From assembly GCF_009914755.1 (NCBI RefSeq), contig NC_060936.1: a stretch of 64,000 nt of DNA; one strand, written 5' to 3'. Positions 27,922-40,990 of this stretch are shown here, in pieces. Made by a program: the position numbers and the translations under genes. The DNA is from the human T2T-CHM13v2.0 reference genome, Homo sapiens. The notes under the pieces were generated by a model. The model was given only the letters and a program-made list of their open reading frames with translations. It was not told the origin of the DNA and did no database searches. Each line of letters begins with the position of its first letter. The stretch's first letter is position 1.

Positions 27922-29449
27922 AATTTGGTGTGTTTTTAACTTCATCAGAGGTAAAAGTTTTCATAATCCATCATATTTCTCTTTATACCTTGGCTACTGG
28001 GAAGCACAAACTAAGTGTGATGCCCAAACTCAGCACTGCCCTAACCGTGGTTTTTAGTATATTTTGTATATTGACTGAACTGCAGTACTTAGATGAGGTA
28101 GATTGGTTTTCTGAAACACAGTGTAAGTGCCTCTGTAAAGTGGATGAATTGTGCCTTTGCAGACGTTCAAAAATGGTGAGGATGAGTTTTATTTCTAACA
28201 CGTCATCGTTTCTGTTTGTGGAAGAGGACGGGCTATGGTGGACGTAGCCTGGCACCTGTTCCTTCCTGTGATCTGGTTCTCTCTTCCAGCCTTGCTGTCT
28301 GGAGTCGTTGCTGGAAAGAGTGTCCAAAGAAAACAAGGCCCCATCCCCCTGCAGGTCATCTTTCTGTTTCCTGCTGATACCTGGGGGGAGGTGAGGGGAG
28401 ACTTTCTCAAAGGCCCTGGCAGTGAAACATCATCAAAGTGAGCCAAGACCTTTGTGAGGCTGAGATGGGGATCACACCTTTCCAGAACGCTCATAAGTGT
28501 CACTTCCTAAGGATTTCAAACCTGCACAGACAAACCCACGTGTCCTACGGGAAGGCTGCTCTGTGTCTAGGGGAAGGCTAATGACTTTCTTGGCCTTTGT
28601 CCCTCAGTTCTCAGGGGGGTGGTGCTGGCGTGCCCTGTCAGACCCACTTACCCCAGACAGGAGCCTGACATGCCTGGCTGAGTCCTGCCTCAGGACTGAG
28701 GCCCTGTGGCTCAGTTTTTTGATCTGTGGTGTGAGCGTAGTATCACCTCCCCTGGGAGTCATGATAGCAATCAGCAGTATTAACAACAATGACAACAACG
28801 GCAGCTGGGCCCCTCAAGGACTGTATTTAATACTCACGATATCCCTAATACAGCTGTGAGCCCTTTGTTTTAACTCATTCCTGTCTTAAAATCGCTGATG
28901 AGAAAACAGAGAGGCTGCCGACTTGCCCGGGATCACACAGCAAGTACACACACAACATAGTCAGGACAGCCTGGCGGGCGGGGTGGGCGTCTGGGGGGCC
29001 GTGGGTCTGCCCCAGGCCTCTGCCTGCACCACCCCTAACCCTGAAGGCTTGTTCAATCTGTGGCCTGCAGTGAAGTGAGAATTTGCGCTCCCCTTTCCCG
29101 ACACTCACTCCGATAAATCACTCCCTGTTTTAGTTTTATTGTTAGAGCGAGAATGAAACCTCCATGGAGTGCCCCATATATCTGCCTCTGGCTTCTTTAT
29201 AGGGTCTTTGGCATAGAGAGACATGCCCCTGGGAGGTGGTAAGAGTTGGGTTAGCCAAGAGGTGGTGCCCAAATTAGACTCTGGGGTGAGGGGCTGCCTT
29301 GCTCACCCTGGCCAGGTACCCCTAATTACTGTGACCCTAAGTGGCCCTCCCTGGAAAGGGGCTCTGTCGTATCACTTTAGTGCCCAGAAGACCGAGCGAT
29401 TGGACTGGGTGTTTTCTGACCTCTTCTCAGAGAAAAACAGTTCCTATAT

Positions 29450-30100
29450 AAAACGAATTCTGTTCAGTGTTTAGAAAGGAATGAAATTTTGACACAAGCT
29501 ATGTGGATGAGCCTTGAGGGTTCATACTGGGGAAGTAGGAGAAAGACATTTCACAGACATGGTGGTAAGTGTATATGTATATAATTGAACATATAAGGCA
29601 TTACAGGCAATTATGTAAATTTGAGTTGAAGGAGAGCTATTAGAGGTTTATAGGGAGAGTGTGATATGATCTGACATTTTAAAATAATCACTTTAGCTGC
29701 TCTGTTGAAAATAGATTATAGGGAAAAGAGCAGTAGTGTGGTGAATAGTTAAAGGGCTACTGAAGTAGTCCTAAACAGAGAAAATAGTGGCCTTCAAGTG
29801 GTGAGAAGGGCATTATGTTAACTGAAAGAAGCCAGACACAGAAGGACAAATACTTTACCATGTATCTGACGGCACCCGGAGTAGTCAGGATGCCTCAGGA
29901 GGATGGCTACCAGGGGCTGGGGGAGGGGAATGGGGAGTTCATGTTTGATGGGTACAGAGAATCCATAGGGAAAATGAAAAGGTTCTGGAGATCGGGGGTT
30001 GGTGATGGTTGCACAGCCATGGCAATGTGCTGAATGCCACTGAACTGGAAGGAGAAGATGGTACATTTTGTGTTGTGTATATTTCACCACCATTTTTTTT
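29450..30100 (+). mobile_element. L1MB 3' end split by a 290-bp insert (29521-29810)
   Basis: aaggaatgaaattttgacac...ggatgagccttgaggg | cattatgttaactgaaagaagccagacacagaaggacaaatact...tatatttcaccac matches contiguous L1MB consensus. Confidence 0.85.
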
Positions 30101-30395
30101 TAAAGGGGAGACTTCTGGGTGGTTTTCTGCCCATGTCGCTACCTAGGGAGCTCTTGCCATGTGGAAGCATTTGTTCACACAGGGTTAGGAGCAGCAGCCA
30201 GGGTCCCGGGAGGCAAAGAAACTTGTCCTCAGGCCTCCCCTCTGCACCTCTGAGGCTCACCGTGGGCTTTCTGGGCCGTTCCTTGCCCAGAACAGTTGCT
30301 GGAGGACTCCCTTAGTCTTTCCCTCCACCGGTGGAGCTGCCGCAGTTGCCTTACAGAGCATTTGAGATCGGCTGTGGTCAAATAATACACATGTT

Positions 30396-30575
30396 AGAGT
30401 AAGATGGACTGTTAAATACAAGAACACCCAGTTAATATTGAATTTCAGATAGACAATGAATAATTTTATAGTATATGTATATCCCATGTGATATAGGGAC
30501 ATACTCATACTAAAATGATCTGCAACTCCCATTTAACTAGTGTTCTGTATTTTCTTTGCTAAATCTGACAAGCCT
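30396..30575. mobile_element. MER53 palindromic hAT MITE
   Basis: cccagttaatattgaatttcagatagacaatgaataa...gggacatactcatactaaaa...tttgctaaatctgacaagcct. Confidence 0.85.
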
Positions 30576-33329
30576 GTGTGAGAGGCAACCCAGGAGTGGA
30601 ATTCTCCCCAGTGTGTCTTGGTGCTTTAGGGCTGGAAGTGGGTGGTAGAGTGTCAGCCTTGCGAGCCCCAGTTCTGGTATGGACTCTTCTAAGCCCAGCG
30701 CCCCCATTTTGTAGCCACTTATCTTTGAGCACGTTCCCAGCTTTCTGACTCTCAATTTCCTTATCTGCACATGTGGATAATAATGGTTCCCTCCTCATGC
30801 AATGGCAGAGGATGAAATGACAGTAGCTGTGCTGTCGTTAGCATAGCAAGCGTTGTGTTCGTGTCAACACTTCAGGTTGTTTCTGTTTCTTTGCCTTCCT
30901 TTATGAATTAAAGATGACCATTTTCTAGATGAGCCTGAGGCCGTGGTGCCGAAACAAGAAAACAGCAGTGAAGACCTGGTTCTTCAGCCCAGCCTGGTCG
31001 TATGGGTTCATGACCTCGAGTGAGTCAGTTCACCTCTCTGGGTCTCAGTTTTCCCAGCTCTAAATTCAATTACACAGTTCTCAGGTTCCTTTCAAATTCA
31101 AAAGTGTACATGATACCTCAATAAAGCTGTTAATTTTTTTTTTTTTTTTAAATTCTGAGCCTGCCTCCCCTGTGTCTCCTCCCCGCCGTGGTTGTTTTCT
31201 CACCTAATACTTGCAATCGTGGGAAGTGGGTGTCACTTCTCCACTTAAATAAGTCTCAGGACTCAGAAAAGTTCTAAGCCCCTAACTCAGGGGCACATAG
31301 GTCTTGTGTGCTGGAGCCTAGCTTTCAACCCTGGACTTCCTATAGGCCAATTCTTATCACCCTTTACACACCAGGGATTGGTTTTCTTGGAGAGTGGGCA
31401 GTGGGTCTCACAGCCCCAGGTCAACCCACACAGGACGGATGGTCCGTGGGCAGGTTCATCACTCACCAGACTCAAGCAGGACAAGGTAGGGCAGTCACCA
31501 TGGCTCCCAAGGGCCAGTAGGAGCAGTGTATGGATGATCTTTTCAGCTGCTTTGCCTCTGCCATCTTGATTAATCAAGATGTGGCCAGACCACACGGAGC
31601 TCTTCAGTCTTGACATCATCAATCCCTTTGTGTCCATCTCTTGAGCCAATGAAGCAGGATTGGCAAGAACAAGGCCTATGGTGAATAGGCCTGAGCCAAG
31701 CCTCTGTTGACAGAGGTCAGAGAAGACAACAGAGAGATAGCAGAAAGAAATATTGCATATTTCATAAGGAGTTCTAAGTGTCTCATCTAGAATCCTTAGT
31801 GAAATATGTAATCAGAGACTCTTTAATTCTTTGCTTTAGGCCTAGCTTCAAAGTTCAATGGTAATTTTTGTCCTTTTCATTTTCTGACAGACCTTGTCAA
31901 AATTGGGTGGTCTTGTAGGCCAGTGAAGTCCATATTTGTACATCCCCTGGTGCAGAGTCCACGCTTGAAGCAGACACTGGATCTGCCGTTGAGCATATTC
32001 AAAGAGAAAAACAAAGCAGCTGAATTAAAATGAAAAACTAAGGGGCTTGTAATTAAAAGGCTGTGGTGTAAACCAGAGGCCTGGAATTGGTACCTGGTAC
32101 CGCAAACTAAAAATAGACTCTTTCCACAGAACAAGCAGGGAAATCCCAGTGATCATGGACCACTGGGAGGTGGACAGAGGAGGCAACATGCATCTTCCTC
32201 CCCTCCTCTCCCCCAAGACAGAGAAGCTCAACAACCCTGCTTCAGGATGGGGTTTTCTGGAAAGGGCCAGGCTCGTCTATAGGTGTAATGGGCTGGGAAA
32301 GGGTGTGCCAGGATTTGAGCGGCATCAAAACCTGCTGTAGGGCTGAGACATTAGAGTGTAATTCCTCAAAAATATCCCCGACATACACATTTTAACTGGG
32401 CTTAGATGTGGTTGTATATGTGATTAGATTACACTGCCTAAGGAACCCATAGCAAGATCTGATATATCTGAACAATCTCATCTATCTTACAGAATTCAGG
32501 GCCCTGAAAGGTAGGATGTAGGGCAGATAAATATTGGTGGATAGAGTAAGGAGGCTATTAGGGACATGCCTGGGACTGGTCACTATCATGACAAAGGATG
32601 ATTATGCCCACCTGGCATTTTTGTCTGGTCCACCAAGCTGCCTTAGTTCACCAGTGTAATTGTGGATAAGTGGGTCTCTAGGGATCCAAAAGGAAACAGA
32701 CATTTATTTGGCCATCCACCCCCACCCCAAATGATGGTGCACTCATGGCAATGGCAAATTACATTATTAGAACCTTCTAGAAGGGAATGGTTCTAATAAT
32801 GTAATTTGCCAATTCCTGGAAGTCCCTAAGGTCTTGATTGGTTAAATTTTGTGTTGCACCCCTCAGGGGCCTACATTCAAGATCCTTCAGGGCCAAACCT
32901 TGCTCCCAGCTCATCCTATTCAGCCCTTGGAGGAGCAATAAATGTGTTAATCTAGCCAAGAATATACAGCAAGGCCAGGGAAGTTGGCCATCTGCTCAGG
33001 TGCTGAAGTTACACCAATGCAAACAGAAATTTACTCCTCAAATCCCAGCACAGACTGTGGCTATGGGGCCAGCAGGAAGGCTGATGGGAGTGGGCAGGCC
33101 CCAGGTAGCAGGGGTCTGGGGAGGCACATTCACCACACCTTGGAGCAGTGTTTTGGGTATTGGTAGAGTGGAGATGATAAGACTGGACCAACCAGTCCAC
33201 CACCCAGCACATGGTAGGTGTTCCTACATGTTTACTGAATGAATGAGTTAATCAACTGATTTTATAATCGAGTATAGACAGCAGTCTACACTCAGAGCCC
33301 AAGTAGAAAATGCTTCATTCTCCAATCCC

Positions 33330-33700
33330 TTTCAGTCATTCAACAGGTGTTTATTAAGGCAGTGTTCTAGGTGCTGGAGACACAGCCATGAAAATGGCAA
33401 ACGAGCTCCTTGAGCATAGGAAGCTTATGGACTAGTGGGAGGATAAGGAGACGGTTAGAGAACTGAGAACAGGGACCCTAAGCTACTCAGGAAAGTCCCT
33501 CCAAGGAAATGATATCTTATCCAAGCCTGGCAAGCAAGTTAAAAATCAGGCAGGCACAGGGGAGAGAGACGTGGATCCAGGCGTGGATCCAGGCACAGCT
33601 GTGTCTTCCGGCATGTCTGGGGATAAAATCCAGTGTTGAAAGAGTTGATGCCCTCTGGACATAGCATGATGTTAAAAACAATGTCAGCAATAATAGTAAT
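33330..33700 (-). mobile_element. L2 3' fragment with a 12-bp tandem duplication (cgtggatccagg x2, 33570-33593)
   Basis: cattcaacaggtgtttattaagg...gttctaggtgctggagacacagc. Confidence 0.65.
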
Positions 33701-35032
33701 AATAATAATAGCTGCAATTTCTCATTCTCTACATCAGGAGAGTCTTCACTTCTTTCCCTTTCATGGGCTGCGGCTTTAATTGGGTAAGTGGTTCCTTTAG
33801 AAACAATTAGGGATTGTAATCAGTCGCCATTCAGAAGTCTTCAGCAGGAACTGATTGGCAGGTCTCTTCCGGCTTGACCTTAAAACTTCCCCATAGCTGT
33901 GACTAATGTAAAGCAAAGCCCGGAGGAGCATGATGGATTTCAGAAGAAAGGAAACAGAAATTTGGATGCGCCCACAGTCTGTGCACACACTTAGCACCCA
34001 GCATTTTGTGTTCTATGGAGAAACATCTGAAATGATCAGACCATCTTCAACTCCAAACTCTTCCTTAAAAAAAAAAAAAAACTGAGTTGTTCTCTTTAAA
34101 AAGCAAGGGGTTGGAGGAGGAATTTCAGACAGGAGCCACCCATCTGTCTGAGGTTAGGATGAATTTCAGAGTTCCCAACTGTGTTTTACAGGTGCCCTGT
34201 GGAAAGTGCCAGCTCCTGTACTTCATTGGCCATGATGTGCTCTTGTCCCACTGGTTTGACTCAAGAAAACACTGGGGACCCTTGAAGTCCTGAACTGAGG
34301 GCCTTGATCCTCCTGAAGTCCCAACCCTACCCGGGAAGGCTTGCTCCCACCCTACCCTGCTGGGCCTCTGCCCTCCTGGGTCCCACCAGCTCTTAGACTC
34401 CTTGGAGGGCAGAGGGGAGAGGATAAAAAGAAGCCACTGAGAAAGGCAGACATGAGTGTGGAGATGGACAGAAAGGGGAAGCTCCAAGGTAGATGGCCAG
34501 TATCTTTCTTCCAGAATCAAGAGCCAGTTAGAGCAATGTCGTGCTGGTTAATTGTCAGATGGAAAAATGTGACTTACAAAACAGTATAATACCAATTAAA
34601 ACATACCCCAAAAAGCTGGGAAAACATCAAAACAGGGATAATAATTACCTCTGGTTAATGGGAATTTAGGGGAATTTTATTTTTGTGTTATTGTTTTCCT
34701 CTAATTATTACCATTAGTTTCTGCAGTTGTTTTAAGGATAACAGCAAGCAGGAAACAAAAGAGACAGAAAAGACACAGAGGCCAAGATGAGCTGACAGAA
34801 GCAGACACATGGCCAGAATGACCAACAGACTAGGGGAGACTGACCTCCTGCCCCACATACTCTGTCCCCTTGAGCAAGCCTCTCTGTGACCTACAGCTTC
34901 CTCCCCTGTGAAATCGTGCTTCCTGTCCTGACCATCTTATCAGTTGTCCTGATGCTCAAGTGAGAAGACAGGGGACTTGGCAAATTGTGTAGAGGATGAT
35001 TGTGAGCCAGTCATTAAGTACTGAGGATTCAA

Positions 35033-35150
35033 GCAGTGTTTCTCTGCAGACAGTTCACCCAAATGATTTGTGAAGAATGCAGATTCCTGTGCCCAGATTG
35101 GGTTTCTGGGAGCAGGGCCCAGGAATCTGCATTTTAACAAGCCCCTGCCC
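35033..35150. mobile_element. MER5A fragment
   Basis: Internal inverted repeat aatgcagattcctg / caggaatctgcatt typical of MER5A. Confidence 0.7.
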
Positions 35151-38100
35151 TCTGACTTTGAGATCCAGGCATTTCAGACAGACAGTATCAGGGCAGGAAC
35201 ATGGAAGGATGGCTGTCATAGGTGCCATGAGTGACAGAAGCAGCGTAAGGTCTAGCGTATTGTCTTCTCGCAACTTGAACCTTGCTGGAGAAGTGAGAAG
35301 TGGGTGTGCAGAATCGTACGGTGTGCAGACGGTGGCCTGGTGAAGTGCTGTGTACTTAGGAGTTGAGGGGGAGCTCGATGGCGCTGGGGCAGAGGTCTGC
35401 GGAGAGTAGGTTGGGTTTAGAAAAATGAAGAGGAGGAGCAGCACAGGCCATCTGGATGGGGGAGCCCCTGGTGAGCAAGGTCCACCAGGTGGGAGGGCAA
35501 GGCCTCCTCCTCTGGCCGTGCGTGTCTGGCTGCTGGTTGGTGTCGGGGTGGTTTTGCACTTTCTGTTTCCTGATCTCACCTGTCCCAGGACTTGGGGCTC
35601 TAAGTAGCATTACACTGGCTGGGCAGGTAGTCACCCTCATCCTCTGACCTGTCAGACTGGCTGGTGTCAGCTGACAGCGGAGCTACACTGAAAACAGAGA
35701 CAGTACTGGGGCCTCCGTCTAGGGCCTTGTACTCACTGGTTTGCTTCCAGTCGACTCTGAAAGCTCCCTGCTGCTTCCTCCACCATTCCTTCACTCGTTC
35801 TGGAGGAACTACCCGACCTGGGTTGGCATCCTGCCTCTGCCACTCATTTACTGTGTGACCTGAGAGCAGTTAATTAACCTCTCTGTTCACACGGCCTCTT
35901 GTATGACATGGGAGAAGAGTGACTCTTGCCACAGAGGGTTGTCATAAGGATTGTCCCTGAGATAATCCACACAAAACCTTTGATGCAGGGCCTGACATTT
36001 AGCAAGGGCACAATAAATGTTAGCCACTGATACAGGTGTTCACCTGGCAACTGTTTACTGAACTCCTGCCATGCTAGGTGTGAGGGAGGGGCTAGAGGCA
36101 CCAAGAGCTCATGATGGGCCCGGATGGGTATGAAATAGCCTCCTGTGACACAGTATGATGAAATGGTGTGTCTCGGATGCAGGTGGCACAAAGTGTGGCG
36201 TGGCTGGCCCAGCGACGGGCCCAGAGGAGGAGACACTTGGTTGGATCTTGAAAGGACAGAATGGGAAGGCGAGAGGACATTCAGGTGGAGGGAATGGCAT
36301 ATGAAAAGTCCCAGTCCAGGATATAACATCCTCACTCCTTTATCCTCTGCTTTGGGAAGAAATGGGGAGAGGAGTGGCTTCTGCTCGTCCACACTGTTCA
36401 TCTCTAGGAGTGGCCAGGTTGAATCCAAGGCCAACTTGGAGTGGACGGAAGGTGCAGCAGTTTCCCAGAAGGGCTCTACAAGGCTCCTGGGTTGCAGCTG
36501 CCAGAAAAGTCTGTTCCCCACAGCTCCCTGGTCCCAGCTGTGAGGTAGTTAACTGCAGCTGCCTCAATGTCAAAGCCAGGGAGAGGATGCCCATCTTACC
36601 TTCTGCCCTGGACTGCTGCAGCTGTCCTGCATCCTGAACATTTGCTGTCCGTGCTCCACTTACGAGCTGTCTTCCTCAGGCCAGTCCTGGCTGCCAGCTC
36701 CATTTCATCTTGTTTATCTGTGTGCCTTGACATTGGCTGTCTCCTGCATCCTTCCAAGCCAGAGAACCCAAATTGACCAGAACCCTCATCGGAGGGCTAA
36801 CTTACTGTACACGACATGGCTTAGAGGCATGGAGGGTGAATGTATCTATCACCCAGACACGGCTGCCCCCGCCCTGGAAAACAAGGGCAGCCCGAACAGG
36901 GACACTCCCACCAGCAAACTAAACAGGCAGTTCAATCCGTAAGCAAACCAAAGCCGAAAGAAGTACACCAAAGAGATGTCATCCTCCTCCAGCCTGTGCA
37001 GCGAGGTGGCTGTCTATGCTGCTGAGACCTAAGAGAGTAAGTCCTGCTTGGGCTGGAAGTATGAAAACAGACCTGAAAGGCTTCTCCCGGTTTTATTTTG
37101 GGGGGATCAGAAGGAGAAGAGGGGAGAACCTGGTATCCCTGTTCTGAAAATGGGCTCGAGGGCTGTGGCTCTAAGGCCACATTTTGTAATAGGAGAGTAA
37201 GCAAACTGGGTGTAAACCCCTGCACCCCTGAGACTTGGGACCACGGACTCAGCCTCTGCGGGCCTCAGCGTTTCCATCTGTAAATTGGAGCTGAGCATGT
37301 CCACCTCTCAGGGTTGAAAGGATTCGGGGTATAATGTGTCCAGTTTCCAGCACCAAGTAAAGGTTTCCTATTTTTAGTTCCCTTCCTTCCCTGGCATAAT
37401 GTCCATCCGTGTCATGATTCCAAAATGTAGTTTTGCACCAACGCAACTGCGGCCTCCTTCAAGGTGCATTTGTTTACTAAATACTGTTTAATCCCCAACG
37501 TACTGGGCATTGGGAATAGAGCTGTGAATGAGACAGATGAGCCTGCCCCAGGGGCTGGCAGCCCAGCAGATTGGCCTTTGGTGGCATTTTGGGGGAATCA
37601 GCAGTGATGGCAGAAAGTCCACCCCAACATCCTCCCCTCTGTCCTAGGGCAGGAGAAACTGCAACCAGCTCCACAGCTATGCTCGGTCCCTCCAGGGAAG
37701 AGGATTGCGCTGCTGGTGGTCAGTTTTATTTGGGTACACCTCAGCATCAGTGGCTCAGAAGCAGGAGGTGGCAGGTTATGGCCATGCCCTGTGGTGGCTG
37801 GGCCCCCTGGGGTTCGTGAGCTTTGCTGGCATGGACCTGGCTGTGCCAGGAGCCTGTCCTTCTGTTCGCCTATGTGCCATAAGCCAGACCCCAGCAAGGC
37901 TTCTCCCAAAGATGTGGGTGCCTCAGAAAGATGAAAGCAGTGATCCCTATTTCCCTAAGGGCCTCCCCAGCCTTTGACAGGGTCCTGGCAGAAAAGCTAG
38001 ACTCAGTGGCTGGTTTTCGTAAGTTTTGACCCCAGGGACATTTATAGATGGCCTGAAAACTAAATCAATGGATTTTACTTACTTTTTAAAAATTCACCTT

Positions 38101-39202
38101 TCATCACATTAGAAATAGACCTTCTTGCCCTATCTCTGAGTCTCCTCACGTCTCTTCTCCCTTCCCCAACCCACCCTCTAAGGGTCTAAGGGTGAAGTAA
38201 CAGGCGGGAGTGCCTGTCATGCACAGCACTAGGTAATAAAACACCTTTTGGGGCTTAGCCACCAAATGTCCCTCCTGTCCAAGTGTCCATATCCAAACCT
38301 GAGCTCAGTCAGGTATCCGATTGGTGTTGCTGTCACCGGGGCATTTGCCACACCCAGGTGCTCACATCATCTATTGATACCCCCAGTCTCCAGATTCTTT
38401 TTGGCATCCTCCTCCCCAGCTTCCTAATCACTGATGAGACCAGATGGCAAAACAAATGGGGACTGATTTTGCAGTGACATCGGAATTGGAAGCTTTCTTT
38501 CTGGAACTAAGTATTAAGTATTTTTTTTAAGCACTTATTTCCTTACATGTAGTTCACAAAGAGGGCGTCAGCCCTGTGCTTTGAACTTGACATGCATCGT
38601 CTCACTTAATCTTTGCTCCACACCCTTGTGTAGTAGGTATGACCAGCCCTATGAGAGATGGGGAAACTGAGGCCCAGACCAGTGAGGTGATGTGTGCAAG
38701 GTCACGCACTGGGATTCCACCCATGCACCTTGTCTCCAGGGTGTGTCCTCTTCCCACAATGCTGTTCTGCCACCGGGTTCTTTAACTGGAAGATGATGTA
38801 GATAAGACATATCTTGAATGTAGCTGTGGAGGGCATGAGGCCAGACTGTTTTTGCTAGATGCAAAATCTGGAGTCTAGCTTTCCAGATCCCACAGGGAAA
38901 AGACCTCAGAGTAGATCCAAGATTTCCCCATGGCATGGAAGAAAGAGGAAAGGGGACATTTATAAGGCCTTTGTGGGAGGCAGTAACACTGACTGTGGGT
39001 ATCAGGAAAGGGCCTTGCCTGATTCTGGGGGCACCTTTAAACCCAGCAAGTTCCCCCGTGTTCAACCCTCCCTCCCAGGGCTGCATGATGGAACCCTTGA
39101 ACCAGGATCAGTTGTTGCGAGTCGCAGCCAACACTTTGACACACACTGTGTTTCAGGCAGTCTTCTGAATGCTTTGCATATTCTGTGAGGTTGGTACTTC
39201 CA

Positions 39203-39281
39203 TTAGGTGGGTGCAAAAGTAATTGTAGTTCTTGTCATCAAAAGTAATGGTAAAACTGCAATTACTTTTGCGCCAACCTAA
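39203..39281. mobile_element. MADE1 (Hsmar1-derived mariner MITE) inserted in a MIR
   Basis: TTAGGTGGGTGCAAAAGTAATTG...CAATTACTTTTGCGCCAACCTAA, 79-bp near-palindrome, TA target on the right. Confidence 0.95.
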
Positions 39282-39499
39282 TACTATCCCTACCTTATAG
39301 ATAAGGAAGTTAAGGCACAGAGAGGTGAAGTAACTTGCCTAAGATCACACATCATTAAGTAGGTGGCAGAACCAGATTCAACCCAGGGAGATTGGTTGGC
39401 TGCACTGATCTTATCTATACTGCCTCTGAGGAGGGGAACCCTGCTTTTGACGTTGTAAGGTAGGAGGAGTTGGGTGATGGGTCTGGTTTCTTTGAAAAG

Positions 39500-39514
39500 C
39501 CAGCGGGGGGCGCT
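39500..39514 (+). promoter_or_regulatory. Candidate CTCF site
   Basis: CCAGCGGGGGGCGCT versus consensus CCAGCAGGGGGCGCT (1 mismatch). Confidence 0.4.
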
Positions 39515-40769
39515 TTGAGCCTTCTGATGATGCCATGATGGCTGCCATGCCCCCATGGCCCAGCCCTGGCAAAAGTGTGTGCCTGTGGGGGCTGCCCAGG
39601 AATGTGGGCTTATGCCTCCTCCCCGCCACCACCAGCAATCTCTGTAGCTTTTGGCTGGGCACTGCTCCTCCAAAGAAGGCAGCAGGGCTTCCCCTGCCAG
39701 GAGGGCCAGCTTCCGCCAGCAGAGCTGCTTATTGAGAGGTACCTGGTCAGCACTGGCGCCAGAGGGGCACAGGGAGGTGTTTGCTCAGGCCCAGCCCATG
39801 CTTCTCTGCAGAAGTGGACGTGCTTTTCTGTTTATTTTTCTTATTTAAAAATTTTAAATCCAACTATCTTGAAATAGTTGGAGGTACAGAGCTGCTTGAG
39901 GAAAATTCAGCCCCAAAATTCATCAGAAAGATGATTGGCCTCAGGATCACAGGGGCACGATCCCTCCTGAAGGACCAGCAGTTCCGGGCCCTGTGTAGGC
40001 ACAAGATGAATGTCATTCATTTAAATCTCACCCCGGGCCCGTTGTATAGTTGCAGAAACTGGGGCTCAGAGAGGTCAGCTTGCCCAAGGCTGTGCTGCTA
40101 ACAAGGGCAGGGCTGGACCTTAAGATCCGGACCCAAATGCCTGCTGTTTCTCCCGCCCCTAGTTCTGAATACGGTCACAGGTGGAAAACGGGGTGGCCTG
40201 TGATACTCCAGTCCCATGTTTCTTACTTTGCCATGGGGAGGAATGAGGACCTGGGGTTATTGCCCTGTAGTTCATTCCACCCTTCACCCCATGGGATACC
40301 CAGTCAGCCACCAACAGCCTTCCCTGGTAGGCACTCAGGGAAGTGCCCCAGGGTGAGGAGGATTTGTGAGAACTGGCGCTCTGCCTCCTGGGAGCTTTAT
40401 GGCAAAGTAACAGCAAGAGAACACAGACAAAAGACAGATAATATGGAGATCCAGAGGAGGAGGGTTTGGGGTGCTTAGACAAGGGTGGGGCCTGCGTTTA
40501 TCTGATAAATAACACAGTGATTCTGTATCATCATCGTGTTGTTTACGTGAACCCTGCCAGGCACCACATGCCCTCATCAGGGCAAACTGCAAAATTGCCA
40601 GGTTTGCTTCTGTTCTGCAAACATTTTTTGAGCTCCTGCTCTGGGGGCAGGCATGGTGCTCAACACAGGGGATTCCAGGATGAGCAAGGCAACAGTCCTG
40701 AACTTCAGGGAGCAGAGGTAGGGGTCCATGGGTAAACAGACAGTTACAGTATGTTGTGAGAAGAGAGTA

Positions 40770-40990
40770 AGCTCCAGAGTCCAGTTACCTGGGTTCAAAT
40801 CCTGGCTGCACCACCGGCTAGCTTTGTGACTTAAATGACCACCTCTCTGGGTTTCAGTTGCCTCATCTATAAAATGGAAATATAATACGTCTCTACCTTG
40901 TAGGAGTGATAGAAGGACTAAATGTGATTACACAAGAGCTTAGGACGATGCTTGGCACCTGGCACTCAAAATATATTAGCTCTTCTGGTG
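40770..40990 (+). mobile_element. MIR
   Basis: cctgggttcaaatcctggct...ctcatctataaaatggaaat...tgcttggcac. Confidence 0.8.

Noticed and set aside
35874-36521. 215-aa minus-strand ORF, the longest outside CHST11
   Set aside because: Overlaps MIR/L2 relics, has no recognisable domain or codon bias; consistent with chance in GC-rich DNA.
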